A DNA stretch of 63,604 nucleotides, the filler included, from Octopus bimaculoides (lineage: Eukaryota): the NCBI RefSeq assembly GCF_001194135.2. It is 7 parts of 6 records of this genome, joined end to end, with 100 filler letters (N's around TTAATTAATTAA, not from the genome) between each part and the next. Parts side by side here need not be neighbours in the genome. Positions count along the whole stretch, not along the records: positions 33,179 to 46,858 come from NC_068982.1; positions 46,959 to 56,912 come from NC_068984.1; 5 more parts are not named here. One strand, written 5' to 3'. Below the pieces are notes generated by a model that searched no databases, had not been told where the DNA came from, and saw only the letters and a list, made by a program, of their open reading frames with translations. This document shows, one piece after another, positions 37,699 through 49,275 of this stretch. A program made the position numbers and the translations under genes. How positions within the stretch are numbered: position 1 is the first letter of the stretch; each line of letters starts with the position of its first letter.

Positions 37699-38744
37699 AT
37701 GCCTTTGAGTGCTTAGCTATATAGCATCCATCTGTCAACAACTAGGCCAGCTCGGAATCAAGGGTTTGCAAAAGAATAGCAACAAAGAAATGCCTTTCAG
37801 AGACAGCTGAGAAGAGCTCAATGTGGTTATGGGTGAAAAGGAAATAGTTTTGGAACTGAAGAGGAATACATACAGCAAGCCACTGGACATTGGAGGAAGG
37901 AAACCTAGTTTGGAACATTGTAAGCTCATGTAGTGAACTATGTGGCCAAGCAATAAGCTCACCTAAAAGTTCAATCCCCACTGAAAGTGTCATTTAAATA
38001 ACAGCAGGATGACACCTAGGAGTCACTACTTAGGTGGGCCCTGTTCCTTTAAGAGTGTCAAGAACTAATGGGCCAAAACAGTTGTTTGACAGGAGTTCTT
38101 CCTTTGAAGATTTCTCCTGCTGTCTACTTGCCCTGTAGAGAGTTTCCACTCACCACAGTTCAAAGTGTGCAGAGGTCATCCTTCCTGGGTCAATAAAAAA
38201 AGGTAGTTGCAAAAAATAATGGGGTTGATCTATTTGACTCTAGACCCTTAATTTTTGGCCTTTCCCATTCCAGAAATTGTTGATGTTGTTGTTGTTACTG
38301 CAGTGGATTGGCAGAATTATTAGAGCAACAGATGAACTAACTTGCAGTGTTTCTTCCAGCTCTTCACATTCTGAGTTCAAATTCCACTGGGATTAACTCA
38401 CTCTCTCACATGCACCCTTATTTACTACTTCTACCCATTCTGCCCTTTCCAATCTTCTGTCCTCACTCACTTCTGGTGGTGGTGGTGAGGTGAAGGCACC
38501 AGTTCATCAAAAACAAGTTTTTCACTGTAAGAATATTGATTTCAACTTTTGGCACAAGGCCAGCAATTTTGGGGTAGGGGTTTAGTCGATTACATCGACC
38601 TCATTGCTCAACTGGTACTTATTTTATTGATCCTGAAAGGATCAGCGAAATTTGAACTCAGAACTTAAGGACAGATGAAATGTTGCTAAGTATTTCACCC
38701 AGTGTGCCTATAGTAGAAAGGATTATTATTATTGTTAGTTTTAT

Positions 38745-39427
38745 TAAGATGGCAAGTTGGCAGAATCATTAGTACTCTGGATGAAATTCTTAGTGGTATT
38801 TCGCCCATCACTACATTCTGAGTTCAAATTCCACTGAGGGTGACTTTGCCTTTCACCCTTTCAGGGTTGATAAATTAAGTACAGTCGAGTACTGGAGTTG
38901 GTATGATCAACTAGTCCCCCCCACCTGCTAAATTTCAGGCCTTATGCCTTTAGTAGGAAGGATTATTATTATAATTGGAAAAGGTGATGAGCTGGCAGTA
39001 TCATTACCTGGCTGGACAAATGCTTAGCAGCATTTCTTCTGGTTTATGTTCTGAGTTCAAATTTCACCAAGGTTGACTTTGCTTTTCACCCTTTCAGGGA
39101 CAATAAAACAAGTACTAATTAAGCAGGGGGAGGGGGTTTGATGTAATCAACTAATCCCCACCCCCAAATTTCAGGCCTTGTACCTTTAGTAGAAAGGATT
39201 ATTATTATTATTAAAGGGAGCAAGCTAGCAGAATTATTTGCATTGTGGGCGAAATGCTTAGTGGTATTTCACCTGTTGCTACATTCTATGTTCAAATTCT
39301 GCCAAGGTTGACTTTGCCTTTAATCTTTTCAGGGCTGATGAATTAAGTACCAGTGAAACACTGGAGTTGATGTAATCGACTAGTCCCCTCCCCCAAAATT
39401 TCAGGCCTTGTGCCTTTAGTAGAAAGG

Positions 39428-39468
<41 letters not shown>

Positions 39469-39695
39469 GATTATTAAGGTGGCAAGCTGGCAGAATCATT
39501 AGCATGCTGGATGAAATGCTTAGTAGCATTTCATTTGTTGCTATGTTCTGAGTTCAAATTCCACCAAGGTTGATTTTGCCTTTCATCGTTTCAGGGTCAA
39601 TAAATTAAGTACCAGTGAAATATTGGGATCGATGTAATTGACTAGTCTCCTCCCCACAAATTTCAGGCCTTGTGCCTATAGTAGAAAGGATTATT
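38745..39695 (+). mobile_element. Head-to-tail array of four second-family SINEs
   Basis: Heads near 38745, 38980, 39212 and 39475; each copy ends ag(a/g)aaggattattatt. Confidence 0.88.
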
Positions 39696-39714
39696 ATTAT
39701 TATTGTTGTTGTTG

Positions 39715-39748
<34 letters not shown>

Positions 39749-39780
39749 TGAAAGCATTTTATGACATATTTGTTTTGCAG

Positions 39781-39877
39781 GTAATATCTTCATCTGCTGA
39801 GTCAATTTCTGTTGGCAGCTTTGCTCCTCCACCTTTAGCTGAACACTCTTCAAGCTGCAGTTGTGTCTCAAATACAG
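39781..39877 (+). CDS. Exon B (VISSSAESISVGSFAPPPLAEHSSSCSCVSNT)
   Basis: Acceptor atttgttttgcag|gt, donor acag|gtataa; phase 0 to 1, compatible with exons A and C. Confidence 0.72.
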
Positions 39878-40163
39878 GTATAAAATTAAAAATTACATTG
39901 TTTATATCTCAGCGAACCAATCAAGTTTCTATGATCCAATAATTAGATTGAAATAAGCAGGTCAGCAAAAATCACCCCCACATAAACCAACTTACAACAT
40001 CATCATTATTGCCATCATCATTTAATGTTCACTTCTCCCTTGCTTGCATATGTCAAATGGAATTTGTTAGGGTAGATTTTCTACAGCCAGATGCCAGGTA
40101 TCCTGCAAATTCATGTGTATGTCAAAGAAATAATTGGTGCACTTTACATGGTGTGTGTGTGTA

Positions 40164-40363
40164 TACGAGAGAGTGCTGCAAAGTTCCTGGTTTTCAGAGT
40201 ATAGCAAAAGGCCCAGTTGGAGGCCCTACCTTCTGAGTTCTTTTACAGGGCTTAGAAAAACTGAAGGACTGCTAAAATAAGTGTATGAATCTGAGAGGGG
40301 AATATGTTGGGTAAAAATCATAATTAACTGAGCTCCTGTATTTTCTTTTACCCAAAGCCAGGG
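40164..40363 (+). mobile_element. Second, more decayed mariner-derived MITE
   Basis: Aligns with 10705-10927 (gggcttagaaaaactga...aatctgagagg); end of right TIR missing; sits in (TG)n. Confidence 0.82.
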
Positions 40364-40424
40364 TGTGTGTGTCCATACACATATACATAGTTAAAAGGAT
40401 AAAGATCCTTTCTGAGTCATATAG

Positions 40425-40620
40425 ACTTATAAGGCCAGTTTCTTGGTTTCTGTGGCATATGTATTCCCAACTGGACAGGATGCCAGTCCGTCACAGGATT
40501 ACTCAATTTTTGCCAGCTGAGTGGACTGCAGCAACATGAAATGAAGTGTTTCACTTCAGAAACTGAAATCACAATCTTATGATCATGAGTCCAACACCAT
40601 AACCACTAAACCATGTGCCT
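40425..40620 (-). mobile_element. Third-family tRNA-headed SINE fragment
   Basis: gccagctgagtggactgcagcaac...aaccactaaaccatgtgcctc is the reverse complement of the motif seen at about 15020-15140 and 61310-61420 (ccagtccactcagctg). Confidence 0.6.
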
Positions 40621-40713
<93 letters not shown>

Positions 40714-40973
40714 ATATATATCTATCTGGAGTTGCCTCACTTTGGTATTTCTCACTGATAACAACTAAAGAATTAGAAATACATCTGGGAATCTGATGGG
40801 GAGAGGCATCAGGTAGATATATTATCTTTACACCTTTTTACCATAAGCGAGAATTTTTTCTCCATGATAACTGCAGTGAATTTGCCTTTAAAAGTTGAAA
40901 TATGTCACAAACATTCTAACTAACCTAAAGTTTGTTTATGTCTAAATACAGCTTGGTGCTGATACCGCTGTAA

Positions 40974-41050
<77 letters not shown>

Positions 41051-41151
41051 NNNNNNNNNNNNNNNNNNNNNNNNNNNNNNNNNNNNNNNNNNNNNNNNNN
41101 NNNNNNNNNNNNNNNNNNNNNNNNNNNNNNNNNNNNNNNNNNNNNNNNNNN

Positions 41152-41222
<71 letters not shown>

Positions 41223-41347
41223 GGCTTCTTTCAATTTCTGCCTACCAAATTGACTCACAAAGCTTGCTTTGGTTAGCCCAGGGCTATAGTAATTTCATGT
41301 TAATTTATGTTTCAAACATCAGCTCAGTAATGACAAAATTGCTTTTA

Positions 41348-41575
41348 TTAACCCTTTAGCATTCAAATTACTTTGTCAAATGTAACACTTATTTATTCAT
41401 ATTCTTTTGAATTAATCATGTATTATCTTGTAGCTTTAAAATTTTGATGATGCAATTGTATATTTTTAGAATGATATTGTAGGGTTGGTGTGGGAGACCA
41501 GATCTGTCTGGTTTGATCATAAAAAAGGTAGAATATTTGGGCCAGATATGGTTGGTTTAAATATTAAAGGGCTAA
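41348..41575 (+). mobile_element. piggyBac-like MITE
   Basis: ttaaccctttagcatt ... aatattaaagggctaa; same interior as 37471-37698. Confidence 0.85.
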
Positions 41576-42386
41576 ATTCTTCTTTATTTAAAAAAATTAA
41601 CTGAAATGATGAGTAAATTGGTTAACTTTATGTTAAGAGATGAGAGAAAAAAGGTGGGCAGAAGCATGAGAGAAGGGGCCAGAGAAGAACAGATTTCTTG
41701 CTGTAGAGGAACTACACAGCTACTCACATTTTAGAATAGAGTGATGGTGAGATGAATAGGTGATGGCAGAGGAGTAGCTGTTTCATTTCTGAAGATATTA
41801 AAATAAATGTCTGTTATGGTTTTGGCTTAGTAATATAACAGTTTCTGAAAATGTAACTTCCATGAATTAGAACTGTTGTATTATTGATTGGAGGTCATAA
41901 AAAAAAAAGCAGACACCAAGTACTTTTCCTGACATATTTTCATTTAAAATTCCTTTTAAGATTCTCATTTCACACACGAAGACACAACCCTTAAAAACTC
42001 AAGCACATTTTAGTCACAGAACATTGACACAATTTAAACAAGATAGATTTTAAATTTTACACTTCCTATTATTAATTTTACCCCTATTATAATTATTTTT
42101 ATTCCTACTATTATTTTGACCCCTAAAGTGAATATCTGGCAGAACTGTTAGCATGCCAGACAAAATACTGAGCAACATTTCTCTCATATTTGCATTTCGA
42201 GTTCAAACACCACAATAATCAATTTTGCTTTTCATCTTTGCAATGAAATAAGTACCAGTCAAGTACTGGGGTTGATGTAATTGACCAGCCCTCTTCCTCA
42301 ATATTTCAGGCTTTCTGCCCATATTAGATAAGATTATTATTTTTACTCCTCTTATTAAATTTTACTCTTCCTACATTGTTTTTCAG

Positions 42387-42418
42387 ACAAACCAATCACT
42401 TCTAGAGTTGAAATTCAA
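42387..42418 (+). CDS. Exon C ((D)KPITSRVEIQ)
   Basis: Acceptor cattgtttttcag|ac, consensus donor caa|gtaagt; 32 nt, phase 1 to 0, in frame with exon B. Confidence 0.72.
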
Positions 42419-44255
42419 GTAAGTTATTTTGCATTTTATTAAATGTTAAATGTTATGTTCATGATCAAGTCATTGTCTTGTTTCTTTCATTTCCAGTATG
42501 ATTTATACTTTAGTAGTCCTCACTCCTCAATCAATGATTTTTAGCTAATTGTTCTTGAAATAAATGTAATATTTTAATAGTAAGTAAAAAAAATATGTAA
42601 ACATGAAGACAATGCAATTGTAATCCAACAAGATAGAGAAATAATATGGCAAATTTAACATTATATATATGTATATATATATATATATATATACATACAC
42701 ATATATGATTTAATAAATACGGGATTTATATGTGAGTTACTTAAAGTTTCATGCTTGGACAATTCAGTGATCAGATGGGCTTGTATAGTGTATTGTGCAT
42801 GATCTGTCTATATAAGCCTGTCCAATTACTGCTACATCTGAGCATGAAACTTTAAGTAGCTCATGTATAACTTCTGTATTCATTAAATCATATTTATCTC
42901 TTACTAGACTGAGTATTGTTTTACTGATCCTATCAACAAGAAATAGTATACTACTACTACTACTGATTCTTTCTCACTATCTCTTCTAAATGTAAGAAGA
43001 CATGTAGCTCCAACAAGAATCTGTTCTTCCCCAGCCCCTTCCTAATGCCAACCACTTTATGGAGTGTATTAGGTACTTTGTTCATGGCACCAGCATTAGT
43101 GAGGCCACCATGTGTCTTGCAAAACTAAGATCCTCTTCAATGGAGTGGGACTACAGTAGATAGGGGAGTGATTTTATGCTAGGAGATGAGAGGTTGAAGT
43201 ATGAAAGAAGAGGCCAGATCTGAACAGGTTTCTTGCTGTAGATAAACTTCATGGTTACTCATATTACTAGGAGGAGTAACTGGGGTGAAGCTGGAAAAAA
43301 AGATTAAATAATGGTGATGAGGTATTAGGGTGTACTCTCAAAATCCACCCTGAGAGTGGACCTTGAGAGTGAAGAACAGGGAATATGGGTAGATAATAGT
43401 TTCTGGGGTGAAGAGGGAGAGTGAGGAAAAGTTAGAAATGGCACGAATATAATGAATGAAGAACTAGGGTTGATAAGTATGGTTTGGAAGAAGATAAGGA
43501 ATAGTGAGTGATGACTGTAGAGATTAGGTAAGGTTGATGGATGGATGGATGTAGTGAATGGTGGATAAGTGATCACTGGTACATATGATTTGGGGGAGAT
43601 AGTAGGGGAGATAGTAGGGGAGAATAGATGAGGAGTGACAGTATAGCAGAGTAGTAATAATAATACAGTAGTCAGGTGAAGTATGAGAGAAAGGGAGATG
43701 ATGTATAGGTCGTTAGGTAGCAAGAATGTGAAGAGGAGACAGATAGAGTGCATGAAGAGAGTGAAAGATATATGATAGCAGAGAAGGAGAGATAATTAGG
43801 TAGCACAGAAGGGGGATCAATGTAAAATGTGAGTGGAGAAACATACTATTAAGGATGAAGGGTGGATGACAAGTGAAATGGTTCTGGGTAAAGATAACTA
43901 AGATCATAGAAAATGATGAGGGAATATGCAGTTCTGCTCTCACTTAATTACAGCAGCAGAATACTGCAGTTTGGCAAGTGATAGGGAGGGTCAGTGACAG
44001 AAAGGTGATTGGTTGTGGGGATGGCGTGAGGAGAAAATTAGGCAACAGGGCCCAGTTGTGTGTGTATATATATATAAATATATNNNNNNNNNNNNNNNNN
44101 NNNNNNNNNNNNNNNNNNNNNNNNNNNNNNNNNNNNNNNNNNNNNNNNNNNNNNNNNNNNNNNNNNNNNNNNNNNNNNNNNNNNNNNNNNNNNNNNNNNN
44201 NNATATATATGATTTATATATATACACACATGCACACACATATATATATACACAT

Positions 44256-45819
44256 GCATATATGGGTGCAGGACATCACCAACAGTAAACAACATGAAAT
44301 ACAAAAATAAATGAGTTTGATACACAAAGAAACAAATGGAAAACAGGACAAGTAACATAAAGAATGACCCTTCATCAGTTGTCAGCTGTCTATCTACTCC
44401 TCATTTCAAGTATTGAATGACAGTATGAGTCTTCACAGACAGTTGCTCCCATAAGTACCAAAATAAAATTTGGGATTTATGGAGGGTCAAAGCTGGGAAC
44501 AAAAACAGGACAGTGTAGACATATAAGAAAACCAAACAAAAACAAACATGGGGGGGGGGTGTCATTAGACTAGAACAAGGGTAAAATAACAAACATTGGA
44601 GAAATATTTTCTTTGACAAGAGAAAAGGTAGAAGAGAGAGATGGACTACGTCCAGTCCTTAGGACAGTTTGGAAAGGAAAGAAAGATGGTCACGTGAGGA
44701 AAAGAAAGATGGACGATGGTCATGTGTGAGCAACGAGAGAGAGAGAACAGGAGAAAGAGGGAGAGAGAGTGACAGAGACAGACACAAAACGGTGAAAGGG
44801 AGAAAAAAGGGAATTAGAGAAAACGATGGGGGAGAAAAACAGTCTAGAGTAGTCAAATCAAAAAAGATTAAGTTAAACTTACTTGGAAATGGATGTGTAG
44901 TATTCAATCAAATAACGATATAAATTATATATATATGCATACACACACACACACATGCATATATGGGTACAGGACATTAACAACAGTAAATAACATGAAG
45001 TACGGAAATAAATGAGTTTGATATGCAAACATCGAGAGAAACAAACGGTAAACAGGACAAGTAACATAAAGAGCGACCCTTCATCAGTTGTCAGCTGTCT
45101 ATCTACGCCTCATTTCGAGCATTGAATGACAATATGAGTTTTCGAAGACAGTTGCTCCTATAAGTACCAAAATAAAATTTGGGATTTATGAAGGGTCAAA
45201 GTTGTGTATTGAACTCATTTATTTTTGTATTTCATATTGTTTACTATTGGTGACATCCTGTACCCATATATGCATGTGTGTGTGTATATATATATGTGTG
45301 TGTGTATATATATATATATATATGCATATATATATTTAATTTATATTTTTATTTGATTGAATGCCATGCGAACATTTCCAAGTAAGTTAATCTTAATCTT
45401 TTTGATGCGACTCTACTCTATACTGTTTTTCTCTCCCATCGTCTCCTCTCTCATCCTTTCTTTAATTCCCTTTTTTCTCCCCTTAACCGTTTTCTATCTG
45501 TCTCTCTCTCTCACTCTCCCCCGCTTTCTCCTGTTCTCCCTCTTGTTGCTCACATGTGACCATTGTCTGTCTTTCTTTTCCTCACATGGTCATCTTTCTT
45601 TTCTTTCAGGACAGGACATATCCTATCTCTCTCTTCTATCATTTCTCTTGTCAAAGAAAATATTTCTCCAACGTTTGGTTTCCTTGTGTGTCTCCACTGT
45701 CCTGTTTTTGTTCCCAGTTTTCCATTTGTTTCTCTCGTTGTTTTGCGTATCGAACTCATTTGTTTTTGTATTTCATATTGTTTACTGTTGGTGATGTCCT
45801 GTAGCCATATATGCATGTG

Positions 45820-45820
<1 letters not shown>
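44256..45820. mobile_element. Tandem plus inverted repeat structure A-B-A'-a(rc)-B(rc)-a(rc); possibly Penelope-like
   Basis: A about 44256-44492 repeats at about 44956-45201; its start is inverted at about 45211-45275 and 45717-45820; B about 44493-44930 is inverted at about 45340-45716. The structure is seen directly; the Penelope label is inferred because no RT or GIY-YIG ORF is present. Confidence 0.6.
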
Positions 45821-45852
<32 letters not shown>

Positions 45853-45859
45853 CATATAT

Positions 45860-46206
45860 ACATTAAAGGCCTGTGATATGCAGGACACTGACTGGGAGAA
45901 CAATGCCTGTCATCGCCATGGATGGAGGAAGCAGGTTAAGGAGGGGATCGACACTTTTGAGAGAGTACGTATCCAGCATGAAGAACTTAAGCGAGCTGCG
46001 TGAAAGCACACGGCTCGTATAGTGAATGGGGAAAGCTTGGTCTGCAATGTTTGCAGTCGTGTATGCTTGTCAAGAGCAGGGCTCATTAGCCACCAACGGA
46101 GCCGCAAATGCAAAATATAAGTTAGTCCTAGAGCGCACAATGTTCCTGAAGGTCAGTAATGGTCTTCCTCAATCACGAGTGGACGGCCATCATGTATGTA
46201 TGTATG
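45860..46206 (+). mobile_element. 5'-truncated RTE-clade LINE 3' end
   Basis: TLKACDMQDTDWENNACHRHGWRKQVKEGIDTFERVRIQHEELKRAA*KHTARIVNGESLVCNVCSRVCLSRAGLISHQRSRKCKI* (WE...WR...G...E and CxxCxRxCxSRxGLxSH motifs), followed by a (TATG)n tail. Confidence 0.88.
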
Positions 46207-46449
46207 TCGTCGTTGTCGTCGTTTAACGTCCGCTTTCCATGCTAGCATGGGTTGGACGATTTGACTGAGGACTGGTGAAACCAGATGGCTACACCAGGCT
46301 CCAATCTGGTTTGGCAGAGTTTCTACAGCTGGATGCCCTTCCTAACGCCAACCACTCAGAGAGTGTAGTGGGTGCTTTTATGTGTCACCCGCACAAAGGC
46401 CAGTCAGGCGGTACTGGTAACGGCCACGCTCATCTCGCTCGAGAAGCCT
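46207..46449 (-). mobile_element. Retroelement 3' end with aggaagggcatccagctgtagaaac motif and (GAC)n tail
   Basis: Plus strand gtcgtcgtttaacgtccgctttccatgctagcatggg...ggatgcccttcctaacgccaacc; a decayed relative lies near 43030-43100. Confidence 0.6.
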
Positions 46450-46858
46450 CATGTGACACCCGCACAAGAGCCAGCCCAGGGGCACTGGCAACGATCCCGC
46501 TCGAAACATTTCATGTGTCGCCTGCACATGAGCCAGTCCAGGGGCACTGGCAACGAACCCGCTCGAAAGAATTTCATGTGTTGCCTGCACATGAGCCAGT
46601 CCAGGGGCACTGGCAACGATCCCGCTCGAAAGATTTCATGTGTCACCCGCACAAGAGCCAGTCCAGGGGCACTGGCAATGAACCCGCTCGAAAGAATTTC
46701 ATGTGTTGCCCGCACATGAGCCAGTCCAGGGGCACTGGCAATGATCCCGCTCGAAAGATTTCATGTGTCACCCGCACAAGAGCCAGTCCAGGGGCACTGG
46801 CAATGAACCCGCTCGAAAGAATTTCATGTGTTGCCCGCACATGAGCCAGTCCAGGGGC
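46450..46858. repeat. GC-rich minisatellite of alternating 62/63-bp units (125-bp higher-order dimer)
   Basis: Unit starts at 46450, 46512, 46575, 46637, 46700, 46762 and 46825; runs into the spacer. Confidence 0.95.
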
Positions 46859-46958
46859 NNNNNNNNNNNNNNNNNNNNNNNNNNNNNNNNNNNNNNNNNN
46901 NNTTAATTAATTAANNNNNNNNNNNNNNNNNNNNNNNNNNNNNNNNNNNNNNNNNNNN
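46859..46958. other. Artificial 100-bp scaffold spacer
   Basis: N44-TTAATTAATTAA-N44. Confidence 0.95.
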
Positions 46959-47714
46959 TGTGTGTGTGTGAATGTGCATGTATGTATGCACATATATATT
47001 TCTAATTAACTACCAGAATTTGTCGATGCCGTGGAACATCTAGTTGCGTCCCTTCGTGTTACGTGTTTAATCCTTACCGGTTCCACTTCTAACTTTCTCC
47101 TTCTAATGTCGACAATATAACAGCTGTGAAAACCGACCGAGGTTATTGCTGCTGCATCACAACAAAGAGATAAATCCTTATTACTAGAGTTATTTGAAAA
47201 CAGTAAAATGCCAGATTCGGTGGAGCGCCATGGAAAAATGTGTCGGGGTTTTCGGGTCCCAAAAGGGTAACTAACTCATGTTTTCCTCCATCGTGTTGAG
47301 ATCGATGGAGGTGTACCAGTGTTACACTGCGGGTCGTAGAAGTCACTGTACACTTCATTAATATAGCTTTGCTGTAATTATTGTGTAGTTGTTGTTGCTG
47401 TTGTAGTTCTTTTTGATGATGATGATGATGATGATGATGTGGTGGTGGTGGTGGTGGTGGTGATGATGAGGACGACGAGGAGGACGAGGAGGAGGCGGAC
47501 GTGGACGAGGACGACGACAAGGACGACGACGACGATGTTATTATTATCATTATTATTATTATTGACTGTTAAAGCGAGCCGGTTGAATCGTTAGCACGCG
47601 CCGGTACAGGAGTCGAATTAATCTCTGGGATTGCTGGCCTTGTGCCAAAATGAGAAAGTGTTATCATTGACTGTTAAGCAAAAATGTGTTACATTTTTTG
47701 CAGCAATGTCCTTA

Positions 47715-48085
47715 ATACCAGATCACAACGAGTTTTTCTTGGATATAGAGACTTTTTTTTTCAAATAATCATTACTTTAAGTAATAGAACAGATTTTTTG
47801 TACTAAACCAATTCTCGCAGTTAAACCGGCTTCAGTAAAGATACTACTAAGTCTATTGATAACTGTCTCCTGGGCGCCTGGACTTTGACAGACCGAAACT
47901 CTACACGGTCTTTGCATTTCCCTAACTAAGCCTTGGTATTTTCCTATTTTCTCCTGTTATCAAAAACCACTAAATTTACGCCAAACACAGACACATCCGT
48001 AATATTGCACCTTTTTGATATCCCGTCCAGAATGATAATATCTGGTCGTTTTGCTTGAATCTGATGGTCAGGCTGTACAGTAGCT
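47715..48085 (-). mobile_element. Old R4/Dong-clade LINE endonuclease/C-terminal remnant
   Basis: Minus strand reads TVQPDHQIQAKRPDIIILDGISKRCNITDVSV.../QEKIGKYQGLVREMQR...ETVINRLSSIFTEAGLTARIGLVQKIC. Confidence 0.75.
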
Positions 48086-48304
48086 TATTCTGTATCAGGA
48101 GGATTCCATCAGTCAAGTCCTCACATACTTAATAGACTACGTATACGCTTAGTGCATTTCACCCTAATTTTCCATTTCTTTCGCTTCGTCCTTTATCTAA
48201 ATCCCCATCCCCACACAATTATCTGTCCTTGTAATGTTACCCTCCTCAATGCCCAAGTGACTAATAACAGAAACATTTATCATTATTATTATTATTATTA
48301 TTAT

Positions 48305-48429
48305 GGTTTTGGCTCAGGCTCGGTCTCATTCCTGGTAGGATTTCTGTGGATAGCGGGTTACTGCCTGCAACCTTAAATATCCACAATTTTTCAGCAGTCT
48401 TTCGAGTGCTTAGAACCATCCTGACATTC
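48305..48429 (-). mobile_element. R4/Dong-type extreme 3' end (same 3' UTR type as 26687-27130)
   Basis: Shares aggttgcaggcag(t/c)aa with the 26.7-kb copy; flanked by (TAA/TGA)n on both sides. Confidence 0.5.
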
Positions 48430-48713
48430 ATTATTATCATTATTATTATCATTGTGGTTGTTGTCATCATCATCATCATTATTATTAAGGCAGCGAGCTG
48501 GCAGAATCGTTAGCAGGCTGGGCGAAATGTTTAGCAGTATTTCGCCCGACGCTACGTTCCGAGTTCAAATTCCGCCGAGGTCGACTTTCAGGCTCGGTAA
48601 ATTAAGTACCAGATGATGAACAATGGGCTCGATGTAACTGACACAACCCCTCCCCTAAAATGGTTGCCCTTGGGGCAAAATTTGAAATCACCATTATTAT
48701 TTTTATTATTATA

Positions 48714-48897
48714 CCTTCGTAACACAGTGTTGGTAAAACTGCACCCCGGAGTCTTTAGTCATCTGTCAAGTCACAACAAGGACTTCAGACAGATAATACT
48801 TTCCTTAAGATGTGCGCTGTGCCCAATAAGGCTGCTTTTTGCAAGACATCAATCTTGCATGGGATTTCCAGTTGCCTTAAGAAATCTTGAAGGTTGC
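48714..48897 (-). mobile_element. R4/Dong-type 3' end
   Basis: SNLQDFLRQLEIPCKIDVLQKAALLGTAHILRKVLSV* (stop 48785-48787) plus a short 3' UTR; (TAA)-rich on both sides. Confidence 0.9.
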
Positions 48898-48973
<76 letters not shown>

Positions 48974-48998
48974 CATCATTATTATTATTATTATTTAT

Positions 48999-49275
48999 TG
49001 TCTTTGCACAATAAATAATAATAACGTTGGTGATGTACTACGGTGTCAGCTGTTCACTACCAGTGAACTAAGGTAACACCCCTTATTTTTCGAGCACCTT
49101 CCGGAGTATTCGAGCGGCTCCAAGCAGTGTTGTTTTNNNNNNNNNNCTTATTTTTCGAGCACCTTCCGGAGTATTCGAGCGGCTCCAAGCAGTGTTGTTT
49201 TCTGCAAGTGTTCCACCCTTATTGCAGCCCCTATTTGTTCCATGTACTTCTCAAGGATTTTTGAATTTTACTTCT
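48999..49275 (-). mobile_element. R4/Dong-type 3' end, different family (includes a gap-flanking duplication)
   Basis: LEKYMEQIGAAIRVEHLQKTTLLGAARILRKVLEK*; 3' end abuts (TAA)n. Confidence 0.88.

Noticed and set aside
37740-37950. Protein-like frame QQLGQLGIKGLQKNSNKEMPFRDS*EELNVVMGEKEIVLELKRNTYSKPLDIGGRKP
   Set aside because: Internal stop, no convincing splice sites and no motif I recognise.
43300-43950. Purine-rich stretches here and at about 20500-20950 as coding or LINE remnants
   Set aside because: Degenerate GA/GAGT low-complexity sequence; translations show no motifs.
46450-46858. CRISPR array or repeat-protein CDS (ORFs 46275-46844 and overlapping)
   Set aside because: Units are contiguous with no unique spacers, there are no cas genes and the context is eukaryotic. 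Alternating 62/63-bp units shift frame and several frames are open, typical of GC-rich repeats.
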